IMG/VR virus record: IMGVR_UViG_3300012987_000009
Coordinates: 1,690-65,689 of that record
Length of the DNA stretch: 64,000 nucleotides
Origin: a virus
Taxonomy: Duplodnaviria > Caudoviricetes
Reading direction: 5' to 3' (one strand)
Part shown: positions 1 through 7,515 of the stretch, one piece after another
Numbering within the stretch: the first letter of the stretch is position 1
Layout of the letters: every line of letters begins with the position of its first letter
Notes under the pieces: model-generated
The model's input: only the letters and a program-made list of their open reading frames with translations
What the model was told of the DNA's origin: nothing
The model's database searches: none
Position numbers and translations under genes: made by a program

Positions 1-129
1 TTCTTAATGGGGGTATATCATAGTCAGATGTTAAAGGATAAATACCCGATCCCTAGACAGCCCATATATCCTCCTTCCCAAATTACTAACGGTCATCCTT
101 TATTAAGAGAGGCTATTTCAGCGCTTTCT

Positions 130-258
130 ATGACAGCAAATACACTCATCAAACTAAAGGAAGCAAAAATAAAAAGGGACTTAATGAAGGACATAAAGCC
201 AAAGAATTGCTTCCCGTGTATTGAGTCAGGCATTAAATCATTCAACCAAAGCAATTAA
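130..258 (+). CDS. small hypothetical protein (start uncertain; ORF track extends to 7)
   Basis: ORF ending 2 nt before the next ATG at 260; no motif. Confidence 0.35.
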   Translation: MTANTLIKLKEAKIKRDLMKDIKPKNCFPCIESGIKSFNQSN

Positions 259-259
259 A

Positions 260-451
260 ATGAACATACACCCATATCTAAAAACATATACCATTGATGG
301 AATTGAAGGCAAATACGTATGCACCCAAGTCACTGTAAGCAATGGCAAGGAATATGGGTTCTTACAGCACCCATCAGACATAAATGGTGATTTTTGGTAT
401 GACCCAGTAAAAAAAACTAAAATAGACGACCCTTTTAAAAGCCCAGAATGA
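260..451 (+). CDS. hypothetical protein (63 aa)
   Basis: ATG at 260 in ORF 221..451; ATGA overlap with next ORF. Confidence 0.6.
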   Translation: MNIHPYLKTYTIDGIEGKYVCTQVTVSNGKEYGFLQHPSDINGDFWYDPVKKTKIDDPFKSPE

Positions 452-612
452 ACATAACAGTAGGTGATATAGTTTACCATCAACTATCAAAGCTGCTTTT
501 TAAATGCGAAAACAAAAAGCATGAGCGATGGATGAATATGAACCCGTTTTACATAAGAACAAATCTAAAACAGATTAATTATGATGAATTTGAAAATAAA
601 AGACCCGGATAA
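448..612 (+). CDS. hypothetical protein (54 aa, not in ORF track)
   Basis: Hand translation MNITVGDIVYHQLSK...KRPG; ATGA-coupled to the previous gene. Confidence 0.55.
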   Translation: MNITVGDIVYHQLSKLLFKCENKKHERWMNMNPFYIRTNLKQINYDEFENKRPG

Positions 613-667
613 AAATCCAGGTCTGGTTAAAATCCAAATTCCTATGAAAAAATATGCGTAAATGTAA

Positions 668-675
668 TATATTTG
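668..675 (+). promoter_or_regulatory. Bacteroidota sigmaA-type -7 element
   Basis: TATATTTG matches TAnnTTTG in an intergenic region; -33 element not clear. Confidence 0.5.
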
Positions 676-740
676 AACTCTAAAACATTTTTTTAAACTA
701 AACAAGTGAAAAAAGCGTTTTTAGGTATTGAATAGGTGGG

Positions 741-780
741 TCGGCATAGGAGTTAATTTGCCCTATGCCGATTTTTTTTT
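741..780 (+). terminator. intrinsic terminator
   Basis: 10-bp stem TCGGCATAGG/CCTATGCCGA followed by T9. Confidence 0.8.
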
Positions 781-785
781 AAAAC

Positions 786-1088
786 TCAAAACCCATAATT
801 TGGTTTGAAATCATGATCCTGAATTTCTTTTAGCTTCTTTTCAAGCTCTGCCATTCTTCTCTTCCCGCTCTTGATGGTATCTTCTGCATCATCCATTTCA
901 TATTTCAGTTCTTCAATCTCCTCTTCAATCTCAATCTCTTTTTGTTCTATTTCTGCGCATTGTTCGCAGATGACTGTATCAGGGAACCATTTATCGCTTC
1001 CTCTGCCATCATTCAAATCAAACCAGCCGCCACACTTCTGGCAGGGGCAAGGCATTTCCATGTTGTGATCGGGTGTTTCGTATGCCAT
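786..1088 (-). CDS. Zn-ribbon plus coiled-coil phage protein
   Basis: CPCQKC...ICEQC followed by an acidic/basic heptad region. Confidence 0.65.
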   Translation of the reverse strand: MAYETPDHNMEMPCPCQKCGGWFDLNDGRGSDKWFPDTVICEQCAEIEQKEIEIEEEIEELKYEMDDAEDTIKSGKRRMAELEKKLKEIQDHDFKPNYGF

Positions 1089-1105
1089 TTATTTATTATT
1101 GTGGG

Positions 1106-1249
1106 TTAATTAATCCTTATAAAAAATATATCCATCAGCTTACCATGGCTATACCATAGCATGCACTTGTCCGCAAAGCCGGTATGTATGTGGCAGACTT
1201 TATAATACCTACTACCGATCGACCACCAGAATATTTTAGGTAGTTTCAT
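1106..1249 (-). CDS. small hypothetical protein (47 aa, not in ORF track)
   Basis: TGATG coupling to upstream gene; fills the gap. Confidence 0.45.
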   Translation of the reverse strand: MKLPKIFWWSIGSRYYKVCHIHTGFADKCMLWYSHGKLMDIFFIRIN

Positions 1250-1662
1250 CATTTAACGGTTAGTGTTTGGAGGTATGCTTCGTAGTCGGCGGCGGTTGCG
1301 GGTAAGAGCTTCTTCATCTCAAACATCACCCTATTAGGCGCTTGCTCAACCTCGTCAAAGTACTCGCCGCATGTATTATGCGTCCAATTAACCATCTTGT
1401 ATATTCGGTCGTACCCCTTCACAAACTCCGGCATCTCCTCTGGCTTACGCTCCTCCCACCATTCCAGTTTCTTGAACAGGTGGGGATAGTTGTCGAAATA
1501 AGTATCATACAAAGTGGCATCCCCGCGCCTTATACAGTATTGGTTTGAATTTACATTTTGAATAAGAGTAAGTGTCTCTCCTTGATAATATCTTCTGTCA
1601 CCCATGTCTGGCCAGGTATTTATAACCTTGTAACGGGGTTTTAATAATTCTTCAGGTGTCAT
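1249..1662 (-). CDS. phage hypothetical protein
   Basis: 137-aa ORF in a tightly packed leftward operon; LLKPRYKVI and YPHLFKKLEWWE blocks. Confidence 0.7.
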   Translation of the reverse strand: MTPEELLKPRYKVINTWPDMGDRRYYQGETLTLIQNVNSNQYCIRRGDATLYDTYFDNYPHLFKKLEWWEERKPEEMPEFVKGYDRIYKMVNWTHNTCGEYFDEVEQAPNRVMFEMKKLLPATAADYEAYLQTLTVK

Positions 1663-1681
1663 TGTTTATCCTCCTTTTGGT

Positions 1682-2176
1682 TTAAATATTTTCCGGGCTC
1701 TCCATACACTTGTCGCATAGATAATATTGATTGCCTATGTAGTTATCGCCGGGGCCACCGCAATTGCCGCATGGTAACGGCTTGTTTTCAGGAGCTTTTA
1801 CCTCCTTCTCCCCTTCCCCGTTCAGGGCTTCGTTGGCCTGCCACATGAAACTTGGCTGACCTACGACCAATGCCGTTTTGGCAATTTCCTTCAACGCCTT
1901 CTCGTACCTGTCGCATTTGGATTGGATGGCGGCGATTTCGTACTGTTGCTTTTGAATCTCTATATGTTGCTGTAGTTCGAGTTTATTACCAGAATGAAAT
2001 TTTATACCAGAAACATTCAATTCATCCTTTACTCTGTTAAATATATTTTCCTCATCGGCATCATCTTCACCGATAAATCCACAATTTGCAATAAGCGAAA
2101 TAGGCCCATTTGTTATTTCGTAATATGGGTCTTCGCAGTCTTCATGCAGCACTAACTGCCATTTATTTTGTTCCAT
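1682..2176 (-). CDS. hypothetical protein with C-terminal Zn ribbon
   Basis: CGNC...LCDKC at the C-terminus. Confidence 0.65.
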   Translation of the reverse strand: MEQNKWQLVLHEDCEDPYYEITNGPISLIANCGFIGEDDADEENIFNRVKDELNVSGIKFHSGNKLELQQHIEIQKQQYEIAAIQSKCDRYEKALKEIAKTALVVGQPSFMWQANEALNGEGEKEVKAPENKPLPCGNCGGPGDNYIGNQYYLCDKCMESPENI

Positions 2177-2513
2177 CTAAAAATGTTTTTATTTCGTTAT
2201 ATAATTCCGGGTCAGTAATAATCAATGCGCCTTCGTGCCGGGAGATGAATTTTTGAAGGAGGGTGCGAGCGGTAGTATGCCTCGCTTGCAGGTCTTTGTA
2301 TCCATCTTCAAAAAACTCCTTTTCGTTAATTAGCTTTGTTTTATAAAACTCTTTCTCCTGCTCTACCAGGTGAAGCCTGGTGGCGTATTCGGTGGCACCG
2401 TTAACATACGCTCCCCATTCTGTACCTTCGTCTTCTGAATACTTCATGTATGCGTCAGCCTTTGCGTGTATATCGGCAATAATCTCAGCCGGCAATTGTT
2501 GTGTGTTACTCAT
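2163..2513 (-). CDS. hypothetical protein
   Basis: 116-aa ORF overlapping its neighbours in the operon. Confidence 0.65.
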   Translation of the reverse strand: MSNTQQLPAEIIADIHAKADAYMKYSEDEGTEWGAYVNGATEYATRLHLVEQEKEFYKTKLINEKEFFEDGYKDLQARHTTARTLLQKFISRHEGALIITDPELYNEIKTFLDGTK

Positions 2514-2619
2514 CTTTGCCTCCGAATTTTTCGTTAATATATATTACCAGTGAAAGCCCGACAAAGAACATTAATATAATAAACCCGAAGGCAAGCATTT
2601 GTTGTGCTAGTTTATCCAT
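2506..2619 (-). CDS. 37-aa single-pass membrane peptide (not in ORF track)
   Basis: MDKLAQQMLAFGFIILMFFVGLSLVIYINEKFGGKDE; fills the gap with short overlaps on both sides. Confidence 0.55.
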   Translation of the reverse strand: MDKLAQQMLAFGFIILMFFVGLSLVIYINEKFGGKDE

Positions 2620-2893
2620 TCCCCACCTCCTTGTATTTGGCGAGGGCGGCAGAAATTGCATCGTCAACATCCGGCTCTATTGGCACGCGCATTTGAATCC
2701 ATTCAAGCGTATCAACTAGACCCTGCGCCCTTCCCGCCCATTCGGTAGCGACTGTTTGGTAGTGTGCGGCGGGTGATGTTGGCACGAATGTTAATGTACG
2801 ATCACATTTTGATTGATACACGGATGCCTTATGGTTTATTATATTTTCAATTTCTTTTGATAGTTTGCTCATTTGATCGTTTTTACAGGTCAA
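2612..2893 (-). CDS. hypothetical protein
   Basis: ORF in operon; start uncertain. Confidence 0.55.
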   Translation of the reverse strand: MTCKNDQMSKLSKEIENIINHKASVYQSKCDRTLTFVPTSPAAHYQTVATEWAGRAQGLVDTLEWIQMRVPIEPDVDDAISAALAKYKEVGNG

Positions 2894-3284
2894 GTAATTT
2901 TATCGATCCCATCCGGCTCTTTAACAACCATCCCAGAATCGCATAATAATTCGTTGGTAGTTGCTCCATTATACCGCCATAGTTGTTTACAATGACTGTA
3001 TCTCCTTGCCTCTGATAGTCCAGTGACACAACACAGAAATCATTTACATAATCCCGGCTTGCTTCTTCTAATTGCTCAAAGCCTGCCTTTCGTAAAAGCT
3101 CAATGATTTTTTTGTTCCTATCACTTTTCTGTATTTCCCTTAAACAATTAGCACAAGTGACGCCATCATAGTATTGGCTCACATTCTCCGACTCCCGGCC
3201 ACATGCTGTATCAGACCAATACTCGCTATTGTCCCCTTCATGAGGCGGCTCGTAACTGGCGTAGTGTGTTTTACCTTTGCTCAT
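2883..3284 (-). CDS. hypothetical protein with N-terminal Zn-finger-like motif
   Basis: H...TACG...VTCANC. Confidence 0.6.
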   Translation of the reverse strand: MSKGKTHYASYEPPHEGDNSEYWSDTACGRESENVSQYYDGVTCANCLREIQKSDRNKKIIELLRKAGFEQLEEASRDYVNDFCVVSLDYQRQGDTVIVNNYGGIMEQLPTNYYAILGWLLKSRMGSIKLLDL

Positions 3285-3549
3285 AATATAACATCCTCCT
3301 TTTTGCTGTGATCATAATATACGCGGAATGCCCCTAACTCTTTTGATACCAACGGCTCAAATAGCTTTGCTGCGATCTTTATACTCTTTACCGCTCCCGA
3401 CTTCCGGGTATACGTCTCAGAAGATCGGGCGATGATGCGACCGTTCTTACTTACTATATGCCAGTGCCAAGTATAGTCTACGCTGCCAGTGTAGTGTTCG
3501 GTTCTGTACAAGTGAATACCCGGTTTTTTTTAGTCTTTGGCATTGTCAT
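3281..3549 (-). CDS. YegP/DUF1508-like protein, split by a -1 frameshift in an A8 run
   Basis: WHWHIVSKNGRIIARSSETYTRKSGAVKSI motif; ATG at 3549 directly after the upstream stop joins the motif frame only with one more A. Confidence 0.6.
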
Positions 3550-3553
3550 CTTA

Positions 3554-3907
3554 TCATTTTTTATTAGGTTGATTATTTCTTTTAACTTTTGAACAACCAT
3601 ATATGCTATACTCGTCGCCAATCATTAAATACCTCCATGTTCTTCTGCCGAATATCCATTTTCTTTTTGATCTATATACTAAATGATGACCTGTACATAC
3701 ATCATTATTTGTTATGCAATAACCATTTATGCTATGAGCAAAAGACGGCGGGATATAAGATATTAACAATATAGACGGTATTGTGTCTATATTATTAATC
3801 ATTGTAACCGAGTCGCGAATGGCTGGCTTGTAGAACGATGACTGCGCATTGCATGTGGTTGAAAGTACAGCAATAAGAACTACGATCAATATTAGTGCTT
3901 GTTTCAT
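3554..3907 (-). CDS. secreted protein (Sec signal peptide)
   Basis: MKQALILIVVLIAVLSTTCNA|Q. Confidence 0.7.
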   Translation of the reverse strand: MKQALILIVVLIAVLSTTCNAQSSFYKPAIRDSVTMINNIDTIPSILLISYIPPSFAHSINGYCITNNDVCTGHHLVYRSKRKWIFGRRTWRYLMIGDEYSIYGCSKVKRNNQPNKK

Positions 3908-3924
3908 TGATTATTGTTTGATTT

Positions 3925-4149
3925 TTATTTGAATGTTATCTTTACAATCCAAATCTGAATACTGCGAAATAACCTGTATTTGGATACGTTTAATGGTTTT
4001 ATAGTATAGATATACCATCCATCTAATTGTCGCTCTTCCCCGACTACCATTCCTTGATGCCTATCTAGGCAAGACCATTTATGTATAGACCATAACTCAA
4101 AGCGCTTGCAGCTGCGAGTGATTTTGAATGCCGGTGGGATACATTTCAT
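3925..4149 (-). CDS. hypothetical protein
   Basis: ATGA overlap with the upstream gene. Confidence 0.55.
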   Translation of the reverse strand: MKCIPPAFKITRSCKRFELWSIHKWSCLDRHQGMVVGEERQLDGWYIYTIKPLNVSKYRLFRSIQIWIVKITFK

Positions 4150-4655
4150 ATATTATCCGATTCGTTTTTTACGTATTGCATTAATGCATCCGGGATAAAT
4201 CGACGTTCTTTTGGCGCAATGTCTGGGTACATGGCTATGAATCTTTCAATGATTAAATCATAGCAGTTCATTTCTGTTATATCAAGTGTGTGATGGTCGT
4301 AGTTCCCGTGGCAATTATTTTTCCAGAAACAAAGTTCAACCCAGTTTAATGGGTGAGTAGATATGGATCTGAATAACCTTTTCGGGAGTATGTGAGCAAT
4401 GCTTGCCCGATACCAGGAGTCTTGGTTCTTTGTTGTAGGTTCGCCGCAATGCAAGCATACACCTTTCATTTCGGATCTCCTCGCCTCAAACCATCTATCT
4501 AATTCCTCACCACCACCCCTATATGTGATTTGCTTCTCTTCGGCCTCTTGCTTTAGTTTCTTTGCGCTTTTCTTTGCGATTTGTTTACGCTGCTTGGGTT
4601 GCTTTGGAAGTGCGGCCTGCTCTTTAATACGTCTTAAATTTTCAGCTCTATCCAT
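4146..4655 (-). CDS. HNH-fold nuclease (NinG/Rap-like)
   Basis: CLHCG...IAHILPK...HPLNWVELC...CHGNYD; start trimmed to MDRAEN. Confidence 0.65.
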   Translation of the reverse strand: MDRAENLRRIKEQAALPKQPKQRKQIAKKSAKKLKQEAEEKQITYRGGGEELDRWFEARRSEMKGVCLHCGEPTTKNQDSWYRASIAHILPKRLFRSISTHPLNWVELCFWKNNCHGNYDHHTLDITEMNCYDLIIERFIAMYPDIAPKERRFIPDALMQYVKNESDNI

Positions 4656-4695
4656 AGTGATTAAATTAAAAGGCATCTGAGTTAGATGCCTTTTG

Positions 4696-5139
4696 TTAAA
4701 AAGGTATATCAGGTTCAATAAATTCAAACACAGTATTTTCATCGGCAATCACCTGCATAGTTCCATTACTGAACAGCTTGGCGTTTTTTAAATCATACAG
4801 CCCTGGCTTCATCGTTTTTGGAACTTTTTCTTCAAATCCAATAAGCGTAACCTCTGATGGTATTTTGCCGCCATCTCCATCAGTTATTCTCTCATTAACT
4901 ACAACGGTTTGCGATGGGCAGAAATACAATACCATCTTGCCGAAATTTTGCTCAAGTCTAACTGTTGTTATATCAGCTTTAACAGTTTGGCCATGTGTTA
5001 GGTTTGCCTCTTTCATCCTCTGCTGTAACACATGCGGCTGAGAGTACTGCGAGATAACCACATCAAGAGATTCTTCTTTTAGTTGTTTTGATTTCCTTCC
5101 AAAAAGGTTCTCAAAAAGAAATTTACTTTGTTTTTTCAT
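4696..5139 (-). CDS. hypothetical beta-rich protein ending in an SSB-like tip (EPDIPF)
   Basis: Start trimmed to M36 of the ORF-track entry; C-terminus FEFIEPDIPF. Confidence 0.65.
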   Translation of the reverse strand: MKKQSKFLFENLFGRKSKQLKEESLDVVISQYSQPHVLQQRMKEANLTHGQTVKADITTVRLEQNFGKMVLYFCPSQTVVVNERITDGDGGKIPSEVTLIGFEEKVPKTMKPGLYDLKNAKLFSNGTMQVIADENTVFEFIEPDIPF

Positions 5140-5186
5140 GCTGATTGTTTTTGTTTCCCAAAGGTGTAAAAAATATTTTTTTTCTC

Positions 5187-5206
5187 CAAATTTATTTATA
5201 AGTTTG
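5187..5206. promoter_or_regulatory. back-to-back Bacteroidota -7 elements (divergent promoters)
   Basis: TAAATTTG on minus (5194-5187) and TAAGTTTG on plus (5199-5206) at the strand switch. Confidence 0.65.
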
Positions 5207-5221
5207 TGCAAACAATTAAAA

Positions 5222-5422
5222 ATGTCGGTAAAAGAAAAAAACAAGAGTAAAGTTATAGGGGCGCAACTAAAAGAACTTCTTAGTAGGAATCAAAGGTGGT
5301 TAGCCGGTAAGATAAAAATGAGAGAAGCTCTTTTGTCTGAGAAAATAACAGGGGTTAAGGAGTTTACGCAAGCCGAACTAGATCTTATAAATAAAGAAAT
5401 GAACACCGACTTTAAATTATAG
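5222..5422 (+). CDS. Cro/XRE-like HTH regulator
   Basis: NQRWLAGKIKMREALLSEKITGVKEFTQAELDLI pattern; first gene after the divergent promoter. Confidence 0.7.
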   Translation: MSVKEKNKSKVIGAQLKELLSRNQRWLAGKIKMREALLSEKITGVKEFTQAELDLINKEMNTDFKL

Positions 5423-5426
5423 GAAT

Positions 5427-5705
5427 ATGGATGTAACTAAGTGGGCTTATGTGAAAATAGAATTAGAGATTCTTGGTAAAGTTGTTGATGCTAGATATGT
5501 ACTTGGTAAAGACTACGAAAGGATATATCAATATTTAAAAACAGTAGGGAAGTTCCAGCCGTACGAGTGGGCTATTTTTATTAAAAGGCACATAGGTAAA
5601 AAGAGTTTATATCAGAGAAAATTAAGAAACAGAAAAGAGAAGGAAAGAAGAAGGAAAGTAAAGGAGAAAAAATTAAAGGAAACCTTAGACGAGCGGGATA
5701 AGTAA
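5427..5705 (+). CDS. basic hypothetical protein
   Basis: ORF in operon, K/R-rich tail. Confidence 0.55.
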   Translation: MDVTKWAYVKIELEILGKVVDARYVLGKDYERIYQYLKTVGKFQPYEWAIFIKRHIGKKSLYQRKLRNRKEKERRRKVKEKKLKETLDERDK

Positions 5706-5724
5706 ATCTTAAAACGCTGATCAA

Positions 5725-6249
5725 ATGGAACATGACCTTATAAAGAAGTTAAATGAAAGAGATGAGGGAGCTTGCAAGATAGTATTCTATGCTCTTTATC
5801 CTAGATTTTTCACATATGTGAAAAGAGAGATAATAAACCACCATGATGCGGAGGATATTGTGATCAGGTGTTTTAGTGTGTTTTTTAAAAGTAACAATTA
5901 CTTTAAGGATTTTGGAGCAATAGAAGCATACCTATTTACCGGAATAAGAAACTCATTGCATAACTATCGAAGATGCAAAAAATGGTTTAGTGAAATCATT
6001 TATGATTATCCAGATGAACCTGATGAAGAAGAAAGATACTATAAAAATATAAGGCCGCTTATGTTTCTAATAAATAAACTACCCGAAAAGTACAAAACAA
6101 TCCTATTACTAGAAATAAAAGGGTGCACTGTAGCTGAAATAGCTAATAAGATGAATATAAAGATTGATACAGTATATCAACAAAGGTGGAGAGCAATTAA
6201 TAAAATAAAGGAAATGATCAATAATGGAGAACTTGATAAATCTATTTGA
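5725..6249 (+). CDS. ECF-type sigma-70 factor
   Basis: Region 2 (DAEDIV...AYLFTGIRNSLHNYRR) and region 4 (INKLPEKYKTILLL...TVAEIANKMNIKIDTVYQQRWRA). Confidence 0.85.
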   Translation: MEHDLIKKLNERDEGACKIVFYALYPRFFTYVKREIINHHDAEDIVIRCFSVFFKSNNYFKDFGAIEAYLFTGIRNSLHNYRRCKKWFSEIIYDYPDEPDEEERYYKNIRPLMFLINKLPEKYKTILLLEIKGCTVAEIANKMNIKIDTVYQQRWRAINKIKEMINNGELDKSI

Positions 6250-6378
6250 GCCAATCATATACAATAAGGTCAGATTTACATTATGGGGGCTGTCTGGTGG
6301 GTGTGATTGGTATGAGAAAGGCGATTTCATACCCGACTGTATTATTTACTTACATCGTTTAAGTCTAAATTAATAAAT

Positions 6379-6666
6379 ATGAAAAAGAAAACACCAGTAA
6401 AAAGAAAGTATGTTAAGAAGTCTAGCAAGAGGAAGCCAATTAATGAGAAAGATGCAATTATTGCTGTAAAAGAATCTGAAGCCGAATTTAAGGAAGCCAT
6501 AGAAGAATACAAAGCAACACTAAAGCCAGAACTAGATGAATTGGAGTTTCTTGACGCCGTAGTTACGGGTATTTCGCAAATGACAAATGAGCAAAAATCT
6601 AGATTCATGAATTATATCTACAGCCGATACTGGGCTTTTATTACATTAAGTAAATTAACACAATAG
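6379..6666 (+). CDS. hypothetical protein
   Basis: ORF in operon. Confidence 0.6.
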   Translation: MKKKTPVKRKYVKKSSKRKPINEKDAIIAVKESEAEFKEAIEEYKATLKPELDELEFLDAVVTGISQMTNEQKSRFMNYIYSRYWAFITLSKLTQ

Positions 6667-6669
6667 TAT

Positions 6670-6921
6670 ATGATAGATGTAATAGGAGAAAATGGTTACG
6701 AATTACTAAAGAAAACGCTGAAGTTTGGCGATATAATAGAGAACAGTTGGGCTTCAGAAGATAACCCAAGAAGATTCGCAATTGTAGTAAACCCAAGAGA
6801 ACATTCTATTCAATGTACTGATAAGGTTATATTTTGGGACTTATTATTCTCACCTGATAGTAAAATAAAAGTACACGGTAACGTATTAAATGATAATTAC
6901 GAAAAAATAAAACAGAAATGA
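6670..6921 (+). CDS. hypothetical protein
   Basis: ORF in operon. Confidence 0.6.
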   Translation: MIDVIGENGYELLKKTLKFGDIIENSWASEDNPRRFAIVVNPREHSIQCTDKVIFWDLLFSPDSKIKVHGNVLNDNYEKIKQK

Positions 6922-7145
6922 ATATATCTGATTTTGTCATCAAAGACAACACTGCATATTTTGACAGCTTTAGGAATGGTATATTTTATTACAATATATA
7001 TAAGGCTAACAGCGATATACAATATCAATTTCAAATACCGATAGAAGAAATCGCAGGAGCTACTATAAAGGCAGAAGAAAAAAGCATAACAATGATGCGT
7101 TGGATACGTAAATCAATTGGAAACAAGACATTCATTAAGATATGA
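6918..7145 (+). CDS. hypothetical protein
   Basis: ATGA overlaps on both sides. Confidence 0.65.
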   Translation: MNISDFVIKDNTAYFDSFRNGIFYYNIYKANSDIQYQFQIPIEEIAGATIKAEEKSITMMRWIRKSIGNKTFIKI

Positions 7146-7515
7146 GAAATAACCCACAAACAAGTATTGACGCTTACCGTTCTTTAGACCCTGCTAAACT
7201 CTCGGACACTTATAAGAAGATAATATTAGCATTAACTGAATTAGGCAACGGAACGTTTGAGGATATAGCTAAAAAAATGAAGGTTGATAAGAGTGTTGTA
7301 TGGAAACGTTTATCAGAATTAGAGAGGGCCAATATACTCTATAGGCCTGGAACAAAAAAACACTTAAATCAGGGAGGTCTGGTTTTGTTTGGATGATTCT
7401 CTCTTTAGATGGAGTGGCTTCTGTAATTGAGGAAGCGAAATTAAAGGGGACACAAACCGTACAAGACCATAGTAGAAATATACAAGCTATTGCCAACTCA
7501 AATAAACTATTTTAA
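7142..7515 (+). CDS. winged-HTH protein, split by a -1 frameshift in an A7 run (7354-7360)
   Basis: GTFEDIAKKMKVDKSVVWKRLSELE HTH; the -1 frame continues TLKSGRSGFVW and ends at TAA 7513-7515, abutting the next ATG. Confidence 0.7.
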
